Source of the DNA: Armatimonadota bacterium
Lineage (GTDB): Bacteria; Armatimonadota; SYMT01
Direction of reading: 5' to 3'
NCBI GenBank assembly: GCA_041690135.1
Contig: JAWLHY010000015.1
Coordinates: 32,001-96,000 of the forward strand
DNA: 64,000 bases
The translations under genes and the position numbers were made by a program. The first letter of the stretch is position 1, and every line of letters starts with the position of its first letter. Below the pieces are notes generated by a model. It did not search any database, had not been told where the DNA came from, and was given only the letters and a program-made list of their open reading frames with translations. Shown in pieces: positions 50,858 to 59,939 of the stretch.

Positions 50858-51856
50858 ATGCGCTACTTTGGCTCGAAGACCACTGCGGCACCTGCCTTGT
50901 TCGCTCGCGTTCACGAGCGAGTGTCAAATGGAACATTTTGCGATCCCTTCGGCGGCATCGGCGTCGTAGGAGCCTACTTTAAAGAGCGCGGCTATGCTGT
51001 GGCTACTTCCGACGTGCTGCGGTTCGCTCACTACTTCCAAATCGCTCGGATTCTGAACAACAGCGTCCCGACATTTTCGACACTCCGAGAGGCCCTCGGC
51101 CTCACCACGACGGAAGAGCTGGTGAGGCACATTCAGCGTATGGAGCAAGAGGACGGTTGGTTGGTGGAGAACTACTCACGCACTCGCATGTTCTTCACCG
51201 AGGTGAACGCCTCTCGTATCCAGGCATGCTGGCGCTTGTTCCGTGACTGGGCGAATGCGGGATTGATACGAGAAGACGAACGCGCGGTGCTTCTGGCCTC
51301 ACTGATCAACAGTGCGGATCGGGTCGCCAACACGGCGGGCACGTACTATGCCCACCTCAAGTCTTGGCATCGGAAGGCACTGCTGCCATTCCGCTTCGAG
51401 TTGCTGCCACCCGTGACGGGGAGAGGCACGTGCCGATGCGTGCTAGCAGACGCTCGGTATCTGGTCTCGCAGGGGCACTGGGACGTTCTCTACCTAGACC
51501 CGCCCTACAACGAACGGAGTTACCCTAGCTACTATCACTTTCCGGAAACCCTAGCAAGCCTTGAGGAGACCACCGTACACGGCGCGTCAGGTATTCCCGT
51601 GACAACTCAGCCTTCCTCGCTTTTCAACCGCCCTCGGAAGGCTCTCACTGCGCTCACCGAGCTTCTGGATGGAGCCTCATTCGGGCTTCTCGCCTTTCAC
51701 TACGCAGATAACGGGTTGATCAGTCCCGACGACCTGATGGAACTGTTTCAGTCAATCGGGACGGTCGATGTGGTGCATCTGAGTAGCCGAGGCTACACCA
51801 CCAACTCACCAACCCGCAGTGTACAACACACGCTTTACCTGGTTTGCCGTGCCTAA
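50858..51856 (+). CDS. DNA adenine methyltransferase, D12/FokI-like (alpha group)
   Basis: MRYFGSK (motif X), DPFGGIG (motif I), YLDPPYNERSY..YYH..ETL (motif IV). Confidence 0.9.
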   Translation: MRYFGSKTTAAPALFARVHERVSNGTFCDPFGGIGVVGAYFKERGYAVATSDVLRFAHYFQIARILNNSVPTFSTLREALGLTTTEELVRHIQRMEQEDGWLVENYSRTRMFFTEVNASRIQACWRLFRDWANAGLIREDERAVLLASLINSADRVANTAGTYYAHLKSWHRKALLPFRFELLPPVTGRGTCRCVLADARYLVSQGHWDVLYLDPPYNERSYPSYYHFPETLASLEETTVHGASGIPVTTQPSSLFNRPRKALTALTELLDGASFGLLAFHYADNGLISPDDLMELFQSIGTVDVVHLSSRGYTTNSPTRSVQHTLYLVCRA

Positions 51857-52775
51857 ACCCCTTCCAGCATGGAACACGGCTGACGTGGCGTCACTGCAGC
51901 CCTTCGCCCGCATCCGACTCATTGCGGCGGATCTTGATGGCACGCTCGCGCCCGCGCGAGCCAGCCAGGTCAGTTCCTGGTTCGGCACCCTGAGGCGATC
52001 CCTATCCGTCTACCGAGTGGACTTCACCATCGCCACAGGCCGCACCCTCACGGGGGCGCGACCAATGGTGGATAGTGTAGGTGTTCGTCCGAGCATCCCC
52101 CTTATCGTCTACAACGGGAGTGTGGTCGCGCTTGAGGGGGGACGCCGCCTGCTTCGACGAGAGACGATCCCGCAAACTTCCCTAGCCCAGGTCCTCGAGT
52201 TGATGACCATCCACCCTGTTGAGGTGGCGGCATACTATTGCTCGGACCCCTCCAAGAGCCTGGAGCTAGGATCTCCGGTGGGCGAATATGTGCTCGCTTG
52301 GGCCAAAAGGCCGGGACCCCCAACTGAGATAAACGGACTCCCTGTCACTTGGAATAGTCCGCTGCCGGCTGCTACCTCGATCTGCCCCTCAGCAGTCCTG
52401 ATTCGGAGCCTTGAGCCTGACTACCCGTCGAGCCGGGTTGATGAGGCGCTGTCTACTGTCACGGGTATCTCCGTCACCAGAAGCGGACCCACATATGCGG
52501 AAATACGGCCACTGGGCAGCGACAAGGCCGTAGGGCTTTCCTGTGTCGCGGCGGCACTGAACCTTGATCGCACAGAAGTGCTTGCCCTAGGCGATCACGA
52601 CAACGACGCCGAGATGCTCACGTGGGCAGGTATCGGCGTTACGGTCGCAGGTGCATCTCAGGCTGCGCTGGCCAGCAGCGATTACTGCTGCCGACACGGA
52701 GTAGCCGAGGGCGCGGTAGAGCTGTTGCGGCTAGTTAAGAATGCTCGAAGATACTTTCCAGTCTTGGAGGAGTGA
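51849..52775 (+). CDS. HAD-IIB (Cof-type) phosphatase
   Basis: ADLDGTL, IATGR, YNGS, DKAVGL, GDHDNDAEML; overlaps the MTase stop. Confidence 0.9.
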   Translation: MPKPLPAWNTADVASLQPFARIRLIAADLDGTLAPARASQVSSWFGTLRRSLSVYRVDFTIATGRTLTGARPMVDSVGVRPSIPLIVYNGSVVALEGGRRLLRRETIPQTSLAQVLELMTIHPVEVAAYYCSDPSKSLELGSPVGEYVLAWAKRPGPPTEINGLPVTWNSPLPAATSICPSAVLIRSLEPDYPSSRVDEALSTVTGISVTRSGPTYAEIRPLGSDKAVGLSCVAAALNLDRTEVLALGDHDNDAEMLTWAGIGVTVAGASQAALASSDYCCRHGVAEGAVELLRLVKNARRYFPVLEE

Positions 52776-55351
52776 TGGTGATGCCGATTGCCGGGAACTG
52801 GCACGCCGCCGTGAAGGATGCTACCGAGCGCCTCAAAGGAACCGTCTCCACCCAGGCCGAGTTCGAGGCCGTGCTACGCCACTTACTCACCATCGTGGGT
52901 GCACCCATCGATGCTGTTGACTTCGATATCGCCTCGAGCGAGCCATTCGCCAACTCGCGTGTTGGATGCACGGGCGAGGGTCAGCCTACGTACCTGCATA
53001 CGCATGATCTTGACCCCCACGGATGGGCACGCTGCACTATCCGTCTCTGGATGGGCCAACCTCAGCCAGGCCCTGGGGCGGTTAACACTGCCGCCATCTA
53101 CCAAGACTTGACCGAATTACTCCGCGCGTACTGGAAGCCAGAGTTGCGCGATGATAAGTCTCGCCTGATCTCACTTCAGTATCCTGCGACCAACCGACTT
53201 CTCGACGAAGCAATTGAACGAGGTCTGGCAGCCAACCCGCTGATGTGCGTGTTCTTCTGCGACCTTGACCGGTTCAAACAGGTGAACGAGAGGCATGGTG
53301 AGCTTGCAGGCGATGCTGTCATTCTTCAGTTCTCGTCGATCCTGGCCCAAGTCACTCCTCCCAATGCGGTGCCAATCCACCGCAGCGGCGACGAGTATGT
53401 CATCCTGCTTCCCACTGACAGCGCCGACCAAGCAGTCCTCTTGGCCTACCACGCCCTGCATTCCGTGGAGACCTACGCATTTAAGCACCGTGAAACGCCG
53501 ATCGAGGTACCCGTCCAAGCATCCGCAGGGATCGTCGTTCTAGAGAGTGCCGCAGACCTTCTGTCGTACAACGACGCCGAGGGACTCGCAGAGAAGGCTC
53601 TCAAGCCACACGAGAATGGGAAAAATCGAGGTACAGCCCGAATCAGGCGGCGGAACGAAGGTGCTCCGCTCCCGCCTGAACAGGTGGGCCAGACGCGAGA
53701 ACTTGCTGTTTGCGTAACCAAAACTAGTGTCACGAGCCGCGCCCCATTCTCTAGCCCGTGGCTAAACACGATAAGTCGCGCCACCCACGAGACCCTTGAG
53801 CACAGCGGCGTAGCGGGCTTACCCGACCTCCTAACCTCGATTTGTGTATGGATGCAGCCGAACTGGAGTCCCGAGGTGTGTCGATCAGCTTCTCCGAGTG
53901 GAGCGTGCGACGACCTGACACCCACACTCTCTGTGTTCGACGTTGGGATGGCAGTGGTGCACGGGATGCTGCGTGGCTACATCGGTGGCTTCCAGGGACT
54001 CGACCCTACACTCTCGATCACGCTCCGCCACTCCAACACGCCTACGTGGTTTGAGGTAGTGCAGGGGGATGGGACGGTGCTTGCCGCGCTTGGCGATGAG
54101 CGCGGCGATGACTACGTCTCGACAGAGATTGGCTATCCAGTACTTGACCCGCTTGACACGTCCAGCGATGAAGCGGCACACCGTGCGCTTCTCATAAAAA
54201 TCGGATATCAACAGCTCTCCACGCCGAAATCGGTCTTTGCCGAGACGATCATCATCGACGACCGCCCAACAGGGGGAGGTGGCCTGCCCGACTTCTGGGA
54301 GGCAACCATCGCCCGCCTAATCGCTCACGTCAACCGCAATGGGAATATTGGTAGGGTCTATGTGCTGGGCAATCCCGATTTCGCAAAGGAGACGATTCGT
54401 AGACTTCAGTCGGTGAAAGATTGGCAGCATACTCTAGACGTGCTTGCCTACAAGACCGGCATGCCTGCCCACGCCATTCGGACTGCCGCAGAGCGACTCG
54501 ATGGAGCCGTAGTCTTCCCCGCGAATGAAGAAGCACTGATCTTAGATCTTGCGACATTGCTTCGTCAGGAGCACTCCTTGCTTCCTGTCGTTGAAGCGGT
54601 AGTACGCGAGACACCCTCACGCTTTCTCGAAAGGTTGATCCAGCTCGATGCTGTTTCGCTCTGCACGCAAGATGGGTGCCGGGTGCGTTCAGTTGCGCAG
54701 GCCTTTCCTGTGGCAGTAGAAATCGCCCGCAAGGCGAGTGAAGACGATACCATTAAAGACAGAGCAGGATTAGACCTTAAAGACCTCATGGACTTCAAGG
54801 TGCACTTGACGCACCCATCAGAGCAGATGGTGCCGGTCTTCTACAGCAACGAGGCTGACTCGTTAGATGCATACTTCAGGCGAGAGTTTCTGGACCCCGA
54901 AGGGCTTTTCGGGTCTCGGTTCCTGCAAAATGATCAGTTGGATGCAGTCCTCAAACATGTTACGTCGGTGCTGAATGATCCCTCATATAGATTCGCTACC
55001 AGGAGGGCGATCCTCATCATTCCCCATGAGATCAATCCAGCCAATGATCTCTCGCCGTTAGGGTTGGTTTCGGTGAGGATCATTCCGCGCTTCAGGGCCT
55101 CCCGCATTCTCCTTCACTACAGCTACAGTTGGCGGACGGTAGAGGCCTTGGTTGGCTTCCCGTATAGCCTATACGCCTCTGTTCGATATAGCCAGCACCT
55201 AACCGACACTCTGCGTGGTCGGATCTCAGCAGCGCAAGCGAAGAGAGTGGAACTCGGAGAAATTTCATATATCGCTCACAGCCTACACCTGTTTATGGAC
55301 GATTACGGTGAGAGTATCGCGCGAAGGATTGTAGATGAAGCTTCATACTAG
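52772..55351 (+). CDS. GGDEF-domain protein fused to a C-terminal thymidylate-synthase-fold domain
   Basis: CDLDRFKQVNERHGELAGD...RSGDEY...ASAG; C-terminal DRAG, QLDAV, TRRAI, WRTVE, GFPYS, GEISYIAHSLHLF. Confidence 0.8.
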   Translation: MMVMPIAGNWHAAVKDATERLKGTVSTQAEFEAVLRHLLTIVGAPIDAVDFDIASSEPFANSRVGCTGEGQPTYLHTHDLDPHGWARCTIRLWMGQPQPGPGAVNTAAIYQDLTELLRAYWKPELRDDKSRLISLQYPATNRLLDEAIERGLAANPLMCVFFCDLDRFKQVNERHGELAGDAVILQFSSILAQVTPPNAVPIHRSGDEYVILLPTDSADQAVLLAYHALHSVETYAFKHRETPIEVPVQASAGIVVLESAADLLSYNDAEGLAEKALKPHENGKNRGTARIRRRNEGAPLPPEQVGQTRELAVCVTKTSVTSRAPFSSPWLNTISRATHETLEHSGVAGLPDLLTSICVWMQPNWSPEVCRSASPSGACDDLTPTLSVFDVGMAVVHGMLRGYIGGFQGLDPTLSITLRHSNTPTWFEVVQGDGTVLAALGDERGDDYVSTEIGYPVLDPLDTSSDEAAHRALLIKIGYQQLSTPKSVFAETIIIDDRPTGGGGLPDFWEATIARLIAHVNRNGNIGRVYVLGNPDFAKETIRRLQSVKDWQHTLDVLAYKTGMPAHAIRTAAERLDGAVVFPANEEALILDLATLLRQEHSLLPVVEAVVRETPSRFLERLIQLDAVSLCTQDGCRVRSVAQAFPVAVEIARKASEDDTIKDRAGLDLKDLMDFKVHLTHPSEQMVPVFYSNEADSLDAYFRREFLDPEGLFGSRFLQNDQLDAVLKHVTSVLNDPSYRFATRRAILIIPHEINPANDLSPLGLVSVRIIPRFRASRILLHYSYSWRTVEALVGFPYSLYASVRYSQHLTDTLRGRISAAQAKRVELGEISYIAHSLHLFMDDYGESIARRIVDEASY

Positions 55352-56099
55352 CTGGGATGGTGAGTATGTGGTACTGGGCGAAGAGGATTTCAAATCGGGT
55401 GGGTCATCCGACTTAGAATGGCAAGTGTTCGGCACCATCTATGTCGCTCCCCTCGAAAGTGCATCAAGCTACGTGGCGCGTTTGTGCAACGAACGGGCGG
55501 ATCTAGAGTCCGCGCGCTACCTCGATCATTTTCATGTTGTGACCCCAGTCAGGAACTCCGAGCGAAGGCAAGAGATCTACAACGAGTTCTTCAAGATGAT
55601 TGCCGAGCAGTATGAGAGTTTAATCGATGTTGACCGGAATACCCGTAACATCCGCAACCTGGCTCTTATCTTAGATATGGCGATGAACCCTCTCGCGGGC
55701 AGGGTAGTGGATTTCGGTTGCGGTACAGGCCTTTCGGCTGCAGTGCTGGCCGGGTATGGTCTTGAACTTGTTGGTGTTGACCCTTGCAGTACGATGCGCA
55801 TGATTGCGTCAAGAAGGGGAATGCAGACGTGGAGCGTTGGTGAACTTGCACGCCAGCCCAGTAGGTCCGTGGACGCTGCATTCGCGTCTTACGTCTTTCA
55901 CTTGCTTCCGCATGCGGGATCACTGCGACTCCTCTGGAGCAGGCTACGACCTGGGGGCTACCTGGCCGCGAACTTTCATAAGGGACGCGGAGTGGATCTC
56001 GTCGAGGCGGCGGTGCATGTAAAGGGAAGTAGCGTCCTACCCCCTAACGGCACGGACGACTGCCACGGATCATACTATGCCTTTCGGAAGCCGAAATGA
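55335..56099 (+). CDS. Class I SAM-dependent methyltransferase
   Basis: VVDFGCGTG, VGVDP, YVFHL, LRPGG. Confidence 0.88.
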   Translation: MKLHTSWDGEYVVLGEEDFKSGGSSDLEWQVFGTIYVAPLESASSYVARLCNERADLESARYLDHFHVVTPVRNSERRQEIYNEFFKMIAEQYESLIDVDRNTRNIRNLALILDMAMNPLAGRVVDFGCGTGLSAAVLAGYGLELVGVDPCSTMRMIASRRGMQTWSVGELARQPSRSVDAAFASYVFHLLPHAGSLRLLWSRLRPGGYLAANFHKGRGVDLVEAAVHVKGSSVLPPNGTDDCHGSYYAFRKPK

Positions 56100-57874
56100 T
56101 GGCTGGTATGGTGCTGCACATTGAGGCCACTGATGCTTGGAGTGGCCAACTCCTCGGCTTCACGGTGAGCACCGACGATGTACGGGTGTTAATAAGAGCC
56201 GGATTGCTGTCAGCCTTCGGAGCAGAGGGAAATTGTGTGCTCAGCGCTGACGTGCAGGACCTCCGTGCGGTATTTGCCGCTCTCAAGAATGGTCATACTG
56301 GGCCATTAGTTGGGAACACTCTTTTCGAGTCTGGGATCCCTTCCTCGCTGAGGGTCGGTGGCCGCGTGGATCTTGATTTGGTTCACGATGAGAAGGAGAC
56401 AGACCCCACGTACTTCGCCGCAGCCCGCAATCTCCTCTGTCTTGCAGGCAGCGAAGATGGACCACTGGAGAATGCCTGGAGCACTCCTTACTTCGGTTCG
56501 AACCGCGTCACCACTTTTTCAACCTCGACACGCCAACTCGTCGCGCAGCAACGTAGGAGAGCAGACCTGGTGCTTGCTTCGAGAGCCAGCCAATTCGCGA
56601 ACTCGGCACATTACATGGGATCTAAGCGATTACTTCGCGGGTTTCTCGTCGAGGCTCTCTCGGGAACTATGGGAGAGGACGGCGTCGTTGTCGATCTTAT
56701 GTGCGGATCAGGAGCGGCCACAGGTGCGTTTGCCCATGTCTGGCCGACATTCGCATCGGACTCTCTGGGCTTTTGTCGGCTCCTCGCGACCGTTCAAGGC
56801 GGTGGCTTCACGAGTCAACATGCTGACCGGGTGATTGCGAGCGTAATGGGCGCAGCACGCGAGCATGCCCAGATGCTTTTAGACCGTGTGGGGAGGTTCG
56901 TTGAATGGGAGGACCGTTGCTTTCATGCTGATTACGAGGACGGTGGGTTAGCGGCATATCGCACACTCACGCAGCAGTTCCCACTCTTCCCCGACGACCG
57001 TGAGCAGGCTGGATGGAATCCTTCCGCTGAAGTGGTACACCGTAAAGCGGAGCCCGGGATGGCTCCATACTGCCTCTTTACTGCATATTTTGCGAACGTC
57101 TACTTCGGGATTCGGCAAGCAGTTGAAGTTGATAGTCTTCGTTTTGCCATCGAACGGAATCTAACCGGACCAGAGAGAGACTGGGCGCTAGGAGCATTGG
57201 CAGTGACTGCCAGCTGTGTGGCAACCACCTACGGGGGCCATTTTGCCCAACCGTCTGTCAACAGGGTGATTGATCCGCAGAGATCAGCTTCTCGCAAGAG
57301 CATTAGGGCATTGCTGGAAAGACGTACGTTGTCGGTCATGCATGAGTTTGGAGTCCGGTTGCGGAACCTGGCTCTAGAGAGCGAGCGAACCCGACATCCT
57401 GTGGTGACCGTGGGTGGGCCTTGGGATAGCGCGTTGGATTCTCTAGCAGGTAAACTGCGTGGAGAACGGATTGCTGTTTACGTGGACGCACCATACAAGC
57501 GGGAGGAGTACAGCCGGTACTATCACGTACTTGAGACACTGATTCAGTATAACTATCCGAGTAGCATTGGTGAGGGGAGAACCCCAGACAAGGCTCGTGG
57601 AGAGCGCTTCAAATCGGAGTTCTTCACACGTACTCCGTCGCAGTTCGAGCAAGCGCTCGTTAGAGTGATACGCCGTGTACTGGACCAGAAGTGGATCTGT
57701 GCATGGAGTTTTGCCGACTCGGGCGACGCAGACATAACGTCAGTCCTGGCACAGGCAACGGACGGAATCGAGTGTTCGGTTCGTTCGGTTTCAGCACCCT
57801 ACGAGCACAAAGGTCACGCGGGCAGGGGTCCAAAGAAGGTGACCGAGTACGTGTTTCTGCTTGATCCGCAGTGA
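56096..57874 (+). CDS. Second D12/FokI-like adenine methyltransferase with ~150-aa N-terminal extension
   Basis: HYMGSK, VDLMCGSG, YFGIRQAVEVDSLR, GHFAQP, YVDAPY..EYSRYYHVLETL; ATGA overlap. Confidence 0.82.
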   Translation: MMAGMVLHIEATDAWSGQLLGFTVSTDDVRVLIRAGLLSAFGAEGNCVLSADVQDLRAVFAALKNGHTGPLVGNTLFESGIPSSLRVGGRVDLDLVHDEKETDPTYFAAARNLLCLAGSEDGPLENAWSTPYFGSNRVTTFSTSTRQLVAQQRRRADLVLASRASQFANSAHYMGSKRLLRGFLVEALSGTMGEDGVVVDLMCGSGAATGAFAHVWPTFASDSLGFCRLLATVQGGGFTSQHADRVIASVMGAAREHAQMLLDRVGRFVEWEDRCFHADYEDGGLAAYRTLTQQFPLFPDDREQAGWNPSAEVVHRKAEPGMAPYCLFTAYFANVYFGIRQAVEVDSLRFAIERNLTGPERDWALGALAVTASCVATTYGGHFAQPSVNRVIDPQRSASRKSIRALLERRTLSVMHEFGVRLRNLALESERTRHPVVTVGGPWDSALDSLAGKLRGERIAVYVDAPYKREEYSRYYHVLETLIQYNYPSSIGEGRTPDKARGERFKSEFFTRTPSQFEQALVRVIRRVLDQKWICAWSFADSGDADITSVLAQATDGIECSVRSVSAPYEHKGHAGRGPKKVTEYVFLLDPQ

Positions 57875-57900
57875 TAACTGGCCTTAGTCGATCCTGGACT

Positions 57901-58425
57901 CTACCGCTCCCCTGTCGAACCCCAGCCGCCTGTACGATTGCTATCGTTACGCAGCTGGTTGTCTTCAGAATCAAGTATCCAGCGTACGCGCGGAAGCGGC
58001 TTGACGACGAGTTGTGCGATGCGATCACCGTGTCTGACTACAAATGGCTCGCTGCCAAAGTTTTTGAGCAGGATCTTCAACTCGAACGCCTCGCCATCCC
58101 CGTCGAAGTCGGCATCGATGGTGCCAGGTGAGTTCATGATGGTCATCTGGTGCTTCAGTGCAAGGCTGCTACGCGGTCGGACCTGACACTCCCAGCCAGG
58201 TTCCAACCGCATGTTGAGGCCAGTCAGAATCGGCACCATCCCACCTGGAGAGATGACGATTTGTGAGGGTTCGAGTCCACTCCCTGCGGAGGCAGGGGTC
58301 ATGATCCACGCTCGGATATCGCGGCCTGCAGCTAGGTTGCTGCCCTGCTCGGGAAGTTGCACGTCCGGGCGGAACGGACGGATGTGAACCGTCGTGTCGT
58401 ACTGTTCATCAGCAGTTGTGTGCAT
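57901..58425 (-). CDS. dut: Trimeric dUTPase
   Basis: All five motifs present: AAGRDI, RPRSSLA, GTIDADFDG, GDRIAQL, RTGGWGSTG. Confidence 0.9.
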   Translation of the reverse strand: MHTTADEQYDTTVHIRPFRPDVQLPEQGSNLAAGRDIRAWIMTPASAGSGLEPSQIVISPGGMVPILTGLNMRLEPGWECQVRPRSSLALKHQMTIMNSPGTIDADFDGDGEAFELKILLKNFGSEPFVVRHGDRIAQLVVKPLPRVRWILDSEDNQLRNDSNRTGGWGSTGER

Positions 58426-58543
58426 ACGTCTGTTTCGTGGTTGGGGCGCCGACTATCCCAACGAGATGTGCCGGGCCTCGATCATCGGTTTAAGGTCTAA
58501 TAAAGCACTTTGAAACATATATCTACAATGCTGCCATCAGCTT

Positions 58544-59677
58544 TCACGATTTAGTGGTCTCTGCCTTCATGTCCTGGGGCGCGGCAGGAACCAGCCACGG
58601 CTTCCAACCATCAATTGGCCGGGTCACCCAAGCGGGCGGGGAGTAGGGGAGGGGCACCTTGCGGCCGGTGCGGGCGGACTCGTAGGCCGCATAGATCGCT
58701 TCCAGGACCGCCTTGCCGTCCTCGCCGGTTTCCAGGGGCTGCCGGTCGTGCTGGACGCAGTCGACGAAGTGCTGCAACTCCTGGGGGAAGCCGTAGTTCC
58801 ACAGCTCCTCGAACATGGTGAAGCTCCAGCCGACGGTGCTGGCGGCCTTCTCCACCGCGTAGCCGTAGCCGACGCGGCTGAAGGTCTCCAGGCTGTTACC
58901 GTGGAGGAGATCCGCATAGGTGACCCCTTCCGAGCCGTAGATCTCGGCGCGGTCGTCCATGCCGCCCGGCTTGGCCCAGCTCTCCTCCGCCATCCCGACC
59001 GCCCCACCTTCGAACTCCACCAGGATCACGGCGTGGTCGTCGCCTTCGGTACGGTCGCGGTGGACGTAGGTGCCCATCTGGGCGTAGACGCTGGTAATAG
59101 GGCGCTTACCGAGGACCCACCGGAAGAACTCGATGGCGTGGCACCCCATATCCAGGGTCACGCCGCCGCCGGAGCGCCGCACGTCCCAGAACCAGTCCGC
59201 GTGGGGGCCGTCGTGCTTCTCGCTCTGCTTCACCAGGTAGACCTCGCCCAGCGCGCCGCCGTCGACCAGCTCCTTCGCGCGGACGTACTTGGGCGTGAAG
59301 CAGAGCTCCTCGGCGTACATCAGCTTCACCCCGGCGTTCCGGCAGGAGGCGATCATCCGGTCCGCCTCCGCGAGGGTCACGCAGAGGGGCTTCTCGCAGA
59401 TCACGTGTTTCCCGGCCGCCGCGGCGGCTTCTGTGATGGCGCAGTGGGTGTCGTTCGGCGCGCAAAGGGAGATCACGTCCACGTCCGGACGCTCCAGCAG
59501 CCGCTCCAGCTCCGTGGTCCAGAAGGGGACCCGGTGCCGCTCCGCGAACCGCGCGACGTTCGCCTCCGTCGGCGAGCACGCCGCCACCAGCCGCGCGTTC
59601 GGCACGCGCCGCAGCGACTCCGCGTGGATCTCCGCCACGAATCCGCTTCCGATGATTCCGATTCCGATGTCACTCAT
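58544..59677 (-). CDS. Gfo/Idh/MocA family oxidoreductase
   Basis: GIIGSG, ICEKP, GGGVTLDMGCH; ATG 59677. Confidence 0.92.
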   Translation of the reverse strand: MSDIGIGIIGSGFVAEIHAESLRRVPNARLVAACSPTEANVARFAERHRVPFWTTELERLLERPDVDVISLCAPNDTHCAITEAAAAAGKHVICEKPLCVTLAEADRMIASCRNAGVKLMYAEELCFTPKYVRAKELVDGGALGEVYLVKQSEKHDGPHADWFWDVRRSGGGVTLDMGCHAIEFFRWVLGKRPITSVYAQMGTYVHRDRTEGDDHAVILVEFEGGAVGMAEESWAKPGGMDDRAEIYGSEGVTYADLLHGNSLETFSRVGYGYAVEKAASTVGWSFTMFEELWNYGFPQELQHFVDCVQHDRQPLETGEDGKAVLEAIYAAYESARTGRKVPLPYSPPAWVTRPIDGWKPWLVPAAPQDMKAETTKS

Positions 59678-59707
59678 GGTCAGGTGTTCAGGTGTTCTGG
59701 TGTTCAG

Positions 59708-59939
59708 GATGTTGTTGGTAAATTCGATCGCGGGCAGTTGCACTGCCCGCGCCGGGTACCCACAAAGTGGGTGGCTCGTCCGCAGTTGCACTGCGGAAGC
59801 CTGTGGTTGCGCAGTCGTCGCGGATTGACCGGATCGCCACTGCCAGCACCAGGTCGGGAGCGGCGCAGTGCAACTGCGCGCGAAGCGTTTCGGCTGCAGT
59901 GCAACTGCAGCCGATCAGTACGGATTTGCCAACAACATC
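59708..59939. mobile_element. MITE-like element: 19-bp imperfect TIRs, four internal palindromes, flanking GTTCAG direct repeat
   Basis: Left GATGTTGTTGGTAAATTCG and right (reverse complement) GATGTTGTTGGCAAATCCG match 17/19; GCAGTTGCACTGC x2 then GCAGTGCAACTGC x2. Confidence 0.65.

Larger units (their letters stand above)
50000..58540. mobile_element. Putative horizontally acquired lower-GC island (no integrase seen)
   Basis: Visible drop in GC and more A/T-ending codons between fic and the Gfo/Idh/MocA gene; boundaries approximate. Confidence 0.65.

Noticed and set aside
53150-53630. Cas10/mCpol-type palm domain or CBASS/Pycsar cyclase
   Set aside because: The motifs match the diguanylate-cyclase GGDEF pattern (DLDxFKxVN..GH..GD), and no cas or cap-like genes were recognised nearby.
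54650-55351. Calling the TS-like domain a housekeeping thymidylate synthase (thyA)
   Set aside because: It lacks the Pro-Cys nucleophile and the conserved Asn, is fused to a GGDEF domain, and lies in an island.
50858-57874. Classical type IIS restriction-modification system
   Set aside because: No ORF with a recognisable PD-(D/E)xK, HNH, GIY-YIG or PLD motif was seen; a cryptic nuclease cannot be excluded without profile searches.
59729-59913. CRISPR array from the repeated GCAGTTGCACTGC palindromes
   Set aside because: The core is only 13 bp, orientation flips midway, spacing is irregular and there are no cas genes.
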